A program made the position numbers and the translations under genes. The notes below the pieces were generated by a model, which did not search any database, was not told the origin of the DNA, and was given only the letters and a program-made list of their open reading frames with translations. 64,000 bases of DNA from an uncultured Algimonas sp. (GTDB lineage: Bacteria; Pseudomonadota; Alphaproteobacteria; Caulobacterales; Maricaulaceae). Of this stretch, positions 30,964-39,899 are shown piece by piece. The stretch is from assembly GCA_964607395.1 (NCBI GenBank), contig CAZSKH010000001.1, positions 30 through 64,029 of the forward strand, in the 5' to 3' direction. How positions within the stretch are numbered: the first letter of the stretch is position 1; each line of letters starts with the position of its first letter.

Positions 30964-31586
30964 TATCGCACTCTAATCTTGGGTTCAGGATGTCCAGCCC
31001 GCATGGTTTTCAGAAACTCCTCACGCGGAGCAGGCGCAGCGACTTCGGGCGTGATGCCGTCCTTGGGTGGGTTTTTCCAAAACGCGTCCCAGCTTGGGAA
31101 TAGCTCATGATACGCCCCCTCGTAACGCTCTCTATCCGGCCAGCGCATTTTCTTCTCGCCAATAGGCGGTTTATTCAAATCGGTAGCATACCAGTAGCAG
31201 GGCAAACGACGGCGAAAATACCACTCGCCATCCATCCGCTCATAATTATCCCAATACATCATCTGCATGATGACCCATTCGTCACCCGTTTCATGCTCAT
31301 TTTTAGAATAGACAACGCCATGGGCATGGTCAGGGTCATCAAATTCTATCACGTGATTGCCAATGTGATGCGACGTGCCCGTAAATTGATCACGCATCAT
31401 AGCATCGAGCCAGATTTTCAACGCGGGGCGCCCACTCGACTCTCGGCTGACGCGGATATCTTCGGTAAATAAATTCACATGGGCATCGACATCGCGCATA
31501 TCGAGCGTGAGCGCATATTTGCTGACGAGCTGCCGTATCGCGTCCAAGCTCTCCAGCCGATCAATCCGCGCTTCGAGGTCTGTCAT
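30963..31586 (-). CDS. SnoaL-like/NTF2 (BaiE/LinA-like) protein
   Basis: LEARIDRLESLDAIRQL, TSHHIGNH, YERMDGEWYF; GGAG RBS before the ATG at 31586. Confidence 0.8.
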   Translation of the reverse strand: MTDLEARIDRLESLDAIRQLVSKYALTLDMRDVDAHVNLFTEDIRVSRESSGRPALKIWLDAMMRDQFTGTSHHIGNHVIEFDDPDHAHGVVYSKNEHETGDEWVIMQMMYWDNYERMDGEWYFRRRLPCYWYATDLNKPPIGEKKMRWPDRERYEGAYHELFPSWDAFWKNPPKDGITPEVAAPAPREEFLKTMRAGHPEPKIRVR

Positions 31587-31625
31587 AATAGTCTCCAATG
31601 CCCGCCGCCAATATGGCAGAAAAAC

Positions 31626-31694
31626 TACGCATTTCTAGCAATTCTTTTGACTTATCGCTCAATTTGCGTATTTTTAGGCTATGATTTCTACGCA
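31626..31694. promoter_or_regulatory. Candidate operator array 3: TACGCA(31626)-TGCGTA(31665)-TACGCA(31689)
   Basis: Perfect boxes, spacing 39/24 bp, divergent promoter region. Confidence 0.8.
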
Positions 31695-31702
31695 AACTTA
31701 TA

Positions 31703-32653
31703 ATGTCTGAGTCAAACCCCCATGAATTTCGCAATGCCCTCGGGCAATTTGCGACAGGCGTTACGATTGTCACGACGGTGGGTGTTGAGGCCAAACCTGT
31801 CGGCGTCACAGCGAGTAGTTTCAACTCAGTCTCACTCAACCCGCCATTAGTGCTGTGGTCGCTTGCCAAGACAGCCCACTCCATGCCCGCCTATCAAAAC
31901 TCGGGCGGTTTCAACGTTCATGTTTTGGCCAGCCATCAGAGCGATTTATCCAATCAATTTGCGAGACCCAGCGATGATAAATTTGCTGGCATCGCGTGGT
32001 CTCCTTGCGAACAAGGCTTCCCGCTTCTCCCAGAATATGCCGCCCTCTTTCGCTGCAAAACGCATTTCCAATATGAAGGCGGCGACCACATTATTTTCGT
32101 TGGCGAAGTGATTGATTATCAAACCCATGACTTACCCGTGCTCGTCTTTCACGGTGGACGCTATGCGGAAGCCAAACAAAAGACTGCGCCTGCGGATCCG
32201 CATGAATTAGGTGTGGATTTAAATAGCGGAAAATTCTCTGATGACTTTCTACTCGATCTGCTCTCCCGCGCGCATTTCCAAACGAGCTACCCAACGCGCA
32301 AAGCCTGCTACGATATTGGCATGAGCGAGCCAGAATATTTCTGCCTCTCGCTTTTGGCTATGAGTGAGTCGCTTTCTGAAGACGAAATTGTTTGCCGCCT
32401 TGAGCATACGGGCCACCACCCTGATGCCGAGATTTTCGCGCGTTTGCTCCGCAAAGACTGGGTCGAGCGCGATGGCACAGATATCCACATCAGCGATAGC
32501 GGACGCGAGACCTTCATCAAGCTCCTCGCCCATTCCAAAGCGCTGGAAGAGCAACTGCTCAAGCATTTTACAGATGATGACCTCGCGGGGGCGAACAAAT
32601 TTCTAAAAAAACTCATCGATATTACACGTTCAGATATTCCGGAGCTTTGGTAG
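31703..32653 (+). CDS. hsaB: Flavin reductase with C-terminal MarR-like domain (HsaB/TesA1, C1-HpaH type)
   Basis: FRNALGQFATGVTIVT, SFNSVSLNPPLV, GDH; winged-helix-like C-terminal extension of about 140 aa. Confidence 0.75.
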   Translation: MSESNPHEFRNALGQFATGVTIVTTVGVEAKPVGVTASSFNSVSLNPPLVLWSLAKTAHSMPAYQNSGGFNVHVLASHQSDLSNQFARPSDDKFAGIAWSPCEQGFPLLPEYAALFRCKTHFQYEGGDHIIFVGEVIDYQTHDLPVLVFHGGRYAEAKQKTAPADPHELGVDLNSGKFSDDFLLDLLSRAHFQTSYPTRKACYDIGMSEPEYFCLSLLAMSESLSEDEIVCRLEHTGHHPDAEIFARLLRKDWVERDGTDIHISDSGRETFIKLLAHSKALEEQLLKHFTDDDLAGANKFLKKLIDITRSDIPELW

Positions 32654-33406
32654 ATGTTAAAAGATAAAATTGCGCTCATCACGGGCGGCGGACAAGGGGT
32701 TGGGCAAGGCATAGCCCTGGCCCTTGCAAAGCAAGGCGCCCATGTCGTGGTTACAGGCCGCACATTGGAAAAATGCAAAACCACGGCAGAGATGCTGCGC
32801 GAGCGCGGGGTGAAAGCTGTGGCTTTGCGTTGTGATGTGAAATCGGCTGAGGATTTACAGAGTATCGTCGATGCAACGGTCAAAGAATTTGGGCGCTTAG
32901 ATATCCTCGTCAATAACGCCCAAGAGGTCGCGCGCGGCTCGCTCCTCGGGGTAACTGATGAGCAGTTCACGGGCAATTTCGACTCTGGCCCGCTTGCTAC
33001 ATTCCGCCTGATGAAAATGGCCTATCCGTACCTCAAAGAGTCCAAAGGCAATGTCGTCAATCTCTGCAGCTCTGTCATGAAGCGCTGGGATGTCGGCACT
33101 TACGGTGTCTATGCCGCGGTCAAAGCGGCGACGCAACAACTCACCCGCGCGGCGGCCAATGAATGGGGCAAGGACGGCATTCGCGTCAACGCCATCATGC
33201 CCCACGCCAAATCCCCCGCCCTCGCCGGATGGATGAAAGCCAATCCCGTAGAGGCCGAGCATTTCCAGAAATCCATCCCGCTCGGCTATGTCGGAGAATG
33301 CGAAGACGACATCGGGGCTTTCGTCGCGATGATGTGCAGCGATGGCGGGCGTTACCTCTCGGGGCAAACAATTGCGCTGGATGGCGGCCAAGTCTTTATA
33401 GGATAG
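32654..33406 (+). CDS. SDR oxidoreductase (putative hydroxysteroid dehydrogenase)
   Basis: TGGGQGVG, NNA, YAAVK. Confidence 0.85.
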   Translation: MLKDKIALITGGGQGVGQGIALALAKQGAHVVVTGRTLEKCKTTAEMLRERGVKAVALRCDVKSAEDLQSIVDATVKEFGRLDILVNNAQEVARGSLLGVTDEQFTGNFDSGPLATFRLMKMAYPYLKESKGNVVNLCSSVMKRWDVGTYGVYAAVKAATQQLTRAAANEWGKDGIRVNAIMPHAKSPALAGWMKANPVEAEHFQKSIPLGYVGECEDDIGAFVAMMCSDGGRYLSGQTIALDGGQVFIG

Positions 33407-33409
33407 CGC

Positions 33410-34132
33410 ATGTTTAACCTCACAGGACGCACAGCCTTAGTTACAGGCGCAGGCCAAGGCATGGGCTTTGGCATCGCGAAGGCATTATCAGGGGCTAGGG
33501 CGAAAGTTTATATCAACGACCTTCACGAAGACCGCGCCGTGAAAGTGGCGAACACAATAGGCGGACATGCACAGGCCTTATCTGGCGACATCACAAATGA
33601 GGATGTCCGGCAAAGTTTCGCAGCAGATATTCCGACCCTCGACATCCTTGTCCATAATGCAGGCGTGCCCGAAGGCATGGCGGGCAGTGTCGCGCAAGCT
33701 GATAAGCTCAGTGATGCAGATTATCAGCGTCAAATGGATTTAAACTTTCACGCCGTGCGAGGCCTAAATAAACTATTTCTACCGTCTATGATGGCCGCAG
33801 AGCATGGCCGCATCCTTATCATTGCCTCAGAAGCCCACCGCATGGGTATCGCCATGGGCCTATCCCATTATGCGGCGGCCAAGGCTGCGAACCTCGGCTA
33901 TATGCGCGCACTCGCCGCCGAAGTTGGGCGCAAGGGCGTCACGGTCAATGCGCTCTCCCTCGGCGCTATGAATAATTTTGAAGGCCATGAGCACTCCGCT
34001 AAAGCCACCCTCGTGGGCCGCTCAGGAACGCCTGAAGATGTCGGTGCGGCGGCGCTCTATCTGTGCAGCGACGAAGCGGGCTGGATGACCGGGCAAACGA
34101 TACCGCTTAATGGCGGGGCTTGTACGGCTTGA
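33410..34132 (+). CDS. SDR oxidoreductase
   Basis: TGAGQGMG, HNAG, YAAAK. Confidence 0.85.
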   Translation: MFNLTGRTALVTGAGQGMGFGIAKALSGARAKVYINDLHEDRAVKVANTIGGHAQALSGDITNEDVRQSFAADIPTLDILVHNAGVPEGMAGSVAQADKLSDADYQRQMDLNFHAVRGLNKLFLPSMMAAEHGRILIIASEAHRMGIAMGLSHYAAAKAANLGYMRALAAEVGRKGVTVNALSLGAMNNFEGHEHSAKATLVGRSGTPEDVGAAALYLCSDEAGWMTGQTIPLNGGACTA

Positions 34133-34258
34133 TGGAAACCACCTTACTCTGGTTCCGTTTACTCGGCATCATGGGGCTTTGAAACCATCGGAATACCCGA
34201 TATGCAGGGTGGGGTATAATAGGACTATAGGTATTGTTTTTATATTTTGGAAAATGAA

Positions 34259-34785
34259 ATGAAAATTAGAACAATGATCATTACTTTGATTTTAGGCATG
34301 GCACTCTCAAGCTGTAAAACTAAGGCTGAGATTGAAATTGTTGAAGTTTTGCCTGTAGCTAAAATTGCAGATGAATACCGACATGTAGAATTTTATGAAC
34401 CCATAGATGAAGAGCACTATGAAAATCTCAATACTGACGGGTTAACTGCTGTAAAATTCACCGCCAGCAAAGACCTCGAGAGCATTCTTGTAAAAAAAGA
34501 AATGCATCATTTATATTACACCTTAACAAACTGCGATATTGCGGATGATGAGGTATTATCGGGCCGCGTATTCAAAAAAACAAAGATGAACTCTCTTTTT
34601 ATTATGTATTCCTACCAAATGATTTACGGTCAGCCATCATAGACCACGCAGACTATCCTGACGACTCCAGAAAGATCCTCCAAAGCGTTAAACATGCAGG
34701 TATCTGTATAAGTTTAGGTGCAGGTTCGATGTTGGGAAGCTCAATTGTTACCAATACAATTAAAGTCGACTTTCTCGATTACTAA
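34259..34785 (+). pseudogene. AT-rich hypothetical lipoprotein split by a -1 frameshift in an A7 run
   Basis: Signal peptide with LSSC lipobox. Adding one A at 34574-34580 keeps the frame open to TAA at 34783-34785. TATAAT lies about 40 bp upstream. Confidence 0.55.
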
Positions 34786-36119
34786 ACCTCAACTTTCACC
34801 GGAAAAGCATCATAATAAAATCTGAACCGCTCCCTAATTTCCTCTGGCTCCACGCCAAAATGCTCCTTGAGATGATACCTTACGCGGCCATATTTTCCGC
34901 GTGGATGGGCCTGTATAAAATCTGCCATTTCTTGCCGCGCTTTGGGGGTTAGCTCCAATTCATGCAGCTCATAAATTTTCTCTACTGTTGCCATATCGCC
35001 CGCCATGAATTCGTGAAACATCACGTCCATACTTTGCTGCGGCCCCCAGACATGACGGTCACGCACACAGGCACGTAGCAGCGCTTCAATACGGTCTGTC
35101 CAATAATCGAGCACCCATTTCGGGTCGACGGAGGTTCGCAAAATACGATGCCCATAGGCAATCATCGTCGAGATAGATTGAATAACCGCCACGGGGTCAC
35201 GGTGTGTGATGATGGCTGTGGCATCGGGCATGACGGATTTCAGCGCGGGAAGTTGCTCGGGGTTTTGGACACATTTCAGCACCCAGCTTTTATACTCTCC
35301 ATTTGTATCGGGGCCGCGTTCAATTTGCAGGAGCTTAAGCACTTTCACCATATAGTCGTAATGCGGAGTCTGGTCTTTGGCGAAATAATAATCACGATAG
35401 CCTGGCACCATAGATGTCCACTCAAATTGATTACACCCAAAATCAAAGGTCATGAGTTCCAGTTCTTCGTGAATATGGTCGGGATTCATCGGGTGCATGG
35501 CCGCCAAATCTGGCCCCATAATCTGCATGCCCGACCATCGCGCGCTGCACCGTAAATAGCGCGGGTCATTTTCAGTCAGACTATCTCCGCTTTTTAGAAA
35601 ACGGGTCAAGCTCCGCGCGCCGAATTTCAATTTGGCACTCGCCTTCTCTTGGCCGGGCGCATGAAAAGGCTCTTGGGCCACCCAAAGCGGGAGCGATTGA
35701 AAGCGAGAATTCGCCGCTAGTAAATTGACCAAATGCGTTGTGCCCGAGCGCGGCAAACCAGAGACGGAGAGCGGTTTTTTCAACTTTGTGGTTCTGAGCT
35801 TAGGCGTGTTTTTAATCCGGTCTTGGATGATGAGATGGTTACTGGCACAGCGAACCAAATCCTTGAAACATTGTTGCTCGCCAACGCCTGACAGCCCTTC
35901 ATCTTTGGCATAGTCATTGAGCAAGACTTGCAACGCCTCACGAAAATACTCATTACCAAAATCCGACAGCCCCGTCGCCTCTCGCGCGGCATTTAGAACC
36001 GCCTCTTGAGTAAATTCCGTGACGCCTTTTTTGGCCCCACTCAACGCGAACTTTTGCAGAAACGTTAGCTTGGGGTTAGCAAGGTCATCAAAGACGATAT
36101 CTCTACGAGTCGCCGCCAT
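34782..36119 (-). CDS. Sulfotransferase family protein (Sulfotransfer_3-like)
   Basis: 5'-PSB motif GLPRSGTT, WVLK, 3'-PB motif THRDPVAVIQS. Confidence 0.85.
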   Translation of the reverse strand: MAATRRDIVFDDLANPKLTFLQKFALSGAKKGVTEFTQEAVLNAAREATGLSDFGNEYFREALQVLLNDYAKDEGLSGVGEQQCFKDLVRCASNHLIIQDRIKNTPKLRTTKLKKPLSVSGLPRSGTTHLVNLLAANSRFQSLPLWVAQEPFHAPGQEKASAKLKFGARSLTRFLKSGDSLTENDPRYLRCSARWSGMQIMGPDLAAMHPMNPDHIHEELELMTFDFGCNQFEWTSMVPGYRDYYFAKDQTPHYDYMVKVLKLLQIERGPDTNGEYKSWVLKCVQNPEQLPALKSVMPDATAIITHRDPVAVIQSISTMIAYGHRILRTSVDPKWVLDYWTDRIEALLRACVRDRHVWGPQQSMDVMFHEFMAGDMATVEKIYELHELELTPKARQEMADFIQAHPRGKYGRVRYHLKEHFGVEPEEIRERFRFYYDAFPVKVEV

Positions 36120-36120
36120 A

Positions 36121-37263
36121 TTAAAGTCCAAAGACCCGCTTCATAAACTCAACTTGTATCGCTTTGCTTTGCTTATCCGCTTCAGGATTATTCCCAACCG
36201 TATAGCCCTGCCCCACACAGCTTCCCGCAAGTTCCCCTAAGCCCGCCCGCACCATAGCGCGCTGCGGACGTGTCATCTCTGGCGTGGGTTGGAAACGGCC
36301 TGATTTTCCGTTGACAAGGAAGGTGCCATTTTCATCGAATGAAAACTTACAGCCGCGTACAAAGCTCCCTTCAAATTCAGAGAGCGGTGCATAATTTTCC
36401 CAAGCATGGCCCGCCCCCGCTATAACATGGCTTTCGACTTGACTGCCTGCGGCTTCGAGGTCTTTGTAAACCTCTTGGCAAAGGGCGGGGTCGACGGAAT
36501 TATCCGCGTCGCCATGTATCGCCAGATAAGGCGCGCCCGTTGTGCCCTTGTGGCCCAGCGTTTGATGGCAAGGGCCGTAAATATCCATATGCAAAGCAAA
36601 GGACGGCACATCTGGCGCCATGATGTTTTTCAGCCGATCATCCAGCACATAGCGGGTGGCCATACCGCCATAGCTATAGCCGGTCACGCCAATCCGTTCG
36701 GCGTCAATCGCCGGATGGGTGCCAAGTATCTTTAGCGCGGAATATGCATCAGACATGATATCAACTTCGGTTGCCGCCATGGTTTTCATCACATAAGGCG
36801 TTTGTTCCGTAACGCCGCGCGGCGCGTAATAATCAACCACAAAGGCCGCGATACCGTTTTGCGTGAAAAGCTGCGCATATTCATATTCGCGACCCTCTGC
36901 TATACCGCCGCTACCATGCAGGATGACCATGGCGGGCACAGGGCTCTCTGCACTCGCGCCTTTGGGCAGGAATAAATCGCCTTTGCCGCTATGAGTCTCG
37001 AGGGCGTCATAATCGTTAAGAACGCGCGTAAAATCATAAGGGCTTTTAATCGGATAATAAATAGGGCCGACGTCCGTTGCCGTGAGTGTCGTTTTGGGCG
37101 CGGGATAATCTGGAAATGGCGGCAGCGGGAGTTCCTTGGGGACCTCAATCTTCGCTGTTTCTGGCGACTCCACTTTGGACGATCCAGCCTGAGGCGCTTG
37201 GGTCTCAGCAGGCCCGCAGGCCGCTAATAGAAAAGCCGCTCCGATTAAATAATGCATTTTCAT
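36121..37263 (-). CDS. Dienelactone-hydrolase-like alpha/beta hydrolase lipoprotein
   Basis: LAAC lipobox, HGSGG, GYSYGG nucleophile, HGDADN, GAGHAW. Confidence 0.8.
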   Translation of the reverse strand: MKMHYLIGAAFLLAACGPAETQAPQAGSSKVESPETAKIEVPKELPLPPFPDYPAPKTTLTATDVGPIYYPIKSPYDFTRVLNDYDALETHSGKGDLFLPKGASAESPVPAMVILHGSGGIAEGREYEYAQLFTQNGIAAFVVDYYAPRGVTEQTPYVMKTMAATEVDIMSDAYSALKILGTHPAIDAERIGVTGYSYGGMATRYVLDDRLKNIMAPDVPSFALHMDIYGPCHQTLGHKGTTGAPYLAIHGDADNSVDPALCQEVYKDLEAAGSQVESHVIAGAGHAWENYAPLSEFEGSFVRGCKFSFDENGTFLVNGKSGRFQPTPEMTRPQRAMVRAGLGELAGSCVGQGYTVGNNPEADKQSKAIQVEFMKRVFGL

Positions 37264-37280
37264 AATAAACTCCTCAGGCC

Positions 37281-38414
37281 TCAGCTAAAAACGGGCGGGT
37301 TTGGCCGCGCGAGAAACATATATGCAGCAGGTAGAAGTGAGCAGACAAAGACGAATATTAAAAGCGGCAAATAGTTGCCACCTGGTGTCAAAAACCCCGC
37401 CAAACCCGCTCCGACCATAGAACTGATAGCAAATGCTGTTGGCACTAGCACTATTAGTTTATTCGTTGGATCAAACTTTGCTATAGCGGCTGTCTGATAG
37501 AGGCACCCAAGCGTAAACCCAAATTCCCAAATCCAACTTGAAATCATGAGATGTGTGAAATTATTGGCCAAATAAAGACCCATCAAACCTAGCGTAATGA
37601 ATGCGAGACATACCAGATTGGGCAACCTGAGTCCTGCTCGTGCGCCGATAATAGCCCCGATAAACCCGGCCGAAGCACCAAGAACCTTCAACATTCCAAA
37701 CATTAACCCCGTCTGTTTGCCGGTAGGGGAAAATTCTGCCGCCATAGTGTGAAGAAAAATCCAAAGCCCTACATTTGCCAGACAGTAAATCAGGAAAACA
37801 CCCAGACAAACCCACCCCGGTTTAGCTTGCTTCCATGACGGGAAAGCAATCGCTTCCAGTGCGGGAGAATTTTCTCGCTTGGGCATGAAGAAAGCGCCGA
37901 GTCCCATTACCAAAATTAGTCCAGCCAACCCATAAGCCACCCCGGCAAAGCCAAATTTAATCATAAGGGTCGCGGGCAATAAAAGAAGCACGACGGAAAT
38001 TATAATTAATTCCACTGATAATCGTGTGCCAAATGCTTGCTCGGGGTCAGGCATATCCGCCAGTATTCGCATGCAAAGGGCATGCATTAGCGCACAGAAA
38101 AAACCAAACCCAACGAATGAAGCGATAAGTATTACGCCACTTGCCTGAGCCGCGAAGATAAATGAAAGAGCCGCTAATACCGAAACGAATAGAGAAGTCT
38201 TACGCCAGTTAACGCGATTTACCCAAAAAGGGCCTGAGAGCGTCCCTATCAAGTATCCAAAGAAAGCCACACTCGAAATCAAGCCAATCTGCTTGCCATC
38301 AAGTGATAAGGATTCACCCAGCGACCCTGAAATCAGAGGCATGGTATTGAAAGGCACCCCTCCAATAGCCGAGACCATGGAGACCGCGAGGATGACGGCG
38401 AAGGTATTCTTCAT
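37281..38414 (-). CDS. MFS-type membrane transporter
   Basis: About 12 hydrophobic helices over 377 aa. Confidence 0.75.
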   Translation of the reverse strand: MKNTFAVILAVSMVSAIGGVPFNTMPLISGSLGESLSLDGKQIGLISSVAFFGYLIGTLSGPFWVNRVNWRKTSLFVSVLAALSFIFAAQASGVILIASFVGFGFFCALMHALCMRILADMPDPEQAFGTRLSVELIIISVVLLLLPATLMIKFGFAGVAYGLAGLILVMGLGAFFMPKRENSPALEAIAFPSWKQAKPGWVCLGVFLIYCLANVGLWIFLHTMAAEFSPTGKQTGLMFGMLKVLGASAGFIGAIIGARAGLRLPNLVCLAFITLGLMGLYLANNFTHLMISSWIWEFGFTLGCLYQTAAIAKFDPTNKLIVLVPTAFAISSMVGAGLAGFLTPGGNYLPLLIFVFVCSLLPAAYMFLARPNPPVFS

Positions 38415-38854
38415 GACTTCCCTCTCCGCGTTTTAAATAGCCCACAGCCCAAAGCCAAACCGATGGTAAGCACAAAGAATGACGCCCCAACATGAAACCA
38501 GAGCAGCATGGCATCACCGCCATCCCGACCCGCCATAATCGCGGGAACGAATAGGAAGACTAAAAGTCCCCGCAACGTAAAAATGAAAGCAAACAGCCAA
38601 AGAATAGCACGGGTAATTTTGCTCAAGGAGGTCCGAGCTTTCCAAGACAAAAGAGCCAGTCCCGCCAACAAAGCTGCAATGGCAAAGGTAATGGCAGGAC
38701 CGTAAAAACGGCCTTCTCTAATCGACTCCACAATTTCTGGAGGTGCACCTAAAAACTTAACAGCGTCTGGCCCCATAAGTAGTCCAACAACATGCAAAAG
38801 CGCGCCAGCCAATAACGCCAGCGCGGAATATTTAAAGAGAGCTTTCGCGCTCAC
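38411..38854 (-). CDS. Hypothetical 4-TM membrane protein
   Basis: Hydrophobic; LH...GP...FLGAP motif; coupled to both neighbours. Confidence 0.65.
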   Translation of the reverse strand: MSAKALFKYSALALLAGALLHVVGLLMGPDAVKFLGAPPEIVESIREGRFYGPAITFAIAALLAGLALLSWKARTSLSKITRAILWLFAFIFTLRGLLVFLFVPAIMAGRDGGDAMLLWFHVGASFFVLTIGLALGCGLFKTRRGKS

Positions 38855-38857
38855 GCC

Positions 38858-39736
38858 CTAATACACCCGCGCAGGGTTTGGCGGGTTCGGGGAGCCTAAC
38901 ATTTCGCGGTGACTTGGCGGTTGCTTCCCGTTCCCGTCTTTCATTTGGTATCGATCTTTCGCGACCTCGGCACCGACTAATGTATGACCGCTAATTTCTT
39001 TCGCTTTAGGGTCCGTTGCGATTGCGTGAAGGATGTGGCCAGTAAACTGGGGGGTCTCTGCCATGGCGATGAAATCTTTATATTGTTCCGGGTGAACCTC
39101 GGCGGCGATGAGCGCGCGCTCCGTTAAGAGCGGCCCCATCCAGATGGACACGGCCTGCACTTTAAAGGGTTCTAAATCAACGGCCATATCATGAGCGAGC
39201 TTATCCAGCCCTGCCTTTTGCGCGCCGTAAGCGGGGCCGTGCATGTAACAACTCGCCCCGAAAGACGATCCCATACCAATAAGGCCGGACTTCTGCTTCG
39301 CCATAATCTTTGCCGCATGCCAGCTCGCGACATAGGCCGAGCGTAGACCGACATCGAGGATATTCTGTGCGTCGAGTTCCTTCTCCCAAAAGGGCTTTTG
39401 CTCAATGAGTTGATGATGAATATAGGCGGCATTATTCATCAGAATATCGACTTGTCCCTGCTCATCCATAACCTGTTCGAAAAGCTGTGCGACCTGCGCG
39501 TCATCGGCGCTGTCACAAATAACGCCAATGCCTTTCCCGCCAGCCTCCGTGCAAGCTTGCGCGGTTTCAGCAACAGTTCCAGGAAGCGGCGTGCCGTCCC
39601 AACCCTTGGCCTTACCCGTCTTTTTGGTGCGGCCCGTGACATAGACCGTCATGCCTTTTTCAGCGAGACCTAGCGCAATGCCTTTACCCGCCCCGCGGCT
39701 CGCGCCTGTAACAATAGCGACTTTTGGATTAGACAT
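38858..39736 (-). CDS. SDR oxidoreductase (DHRS1-like)
   Basis: TGASRGAGKG, VYVTGR, YGAQKAG. Confidence 0.85.
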   Translation of the reverse strand: MSNPKVAIVTGASRGAGKGIALGLAEKGMTVYVTGRTKKTGKAKGWDGTPLPGTVAETAQACTEAGGKGIGVICDSADDAQVAQLFEQVMDEQGQVDILMNNAAYIHHQLIEQKPFWEKELDAQNILDVGLRSAYVASWHAAKIMAKQKSGLIGMGSSFGASCYMHGPAYGAQKAGLDKLAHDMAVDLEPFKVQAVSIWMGPLLTERALIAAEVHPEQYKDFIAMAETPQFTGHILHAIATDPKAKEISGHTLVGAEVAKDRYQMKDGNGKQPPSHREMLGSPNPPNPARVY

Positions 39737-39785
39737 GTATTTCCCCATCATTCGTGTACAACCTAAGTTAACAGATGTATCCGAA

Positions 39786-39854
39786 TGCGCAATAAATTTG
39801 TCTATTTTTTACGTATTCTGAGATATTTAAAGGCATTTATCTTGCTTTTGCGTA
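39786..39854. promoter_or_regulatory. Candidate operator array 4: TGCGCA(39786)-TACGTA(39810)-TGCGTA(39849)
   Basis: Spacing 24/39 bp, divergent promoter region. Confidence 0.72.
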
Positions 39855-39899
39855 GTTTTTCAAAGAAAAACACACAAAATATAAGGGACACGCATTCAG

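Noticed and set aside
31647-31674. Reading the TGCGTA boxes simply as sigma70 -10 elements
   Set aside because: The distance from nearby TTGACT hexamers varies (18 bp here, 23 bp at 25383) while box-to-box spacing is fixed. The full array also occurs at the non-divergent 23.7-kb promoter. Overlap with promoter elements is still likely.
39755-39773. Imperfect palindrome TGTACAACCTAAGTTAACA resembling a KstR box
   Set aside because: The AAC-GTT spacer is 4 bp rather than 2, it occurs once, and no TetR gene is in the window.
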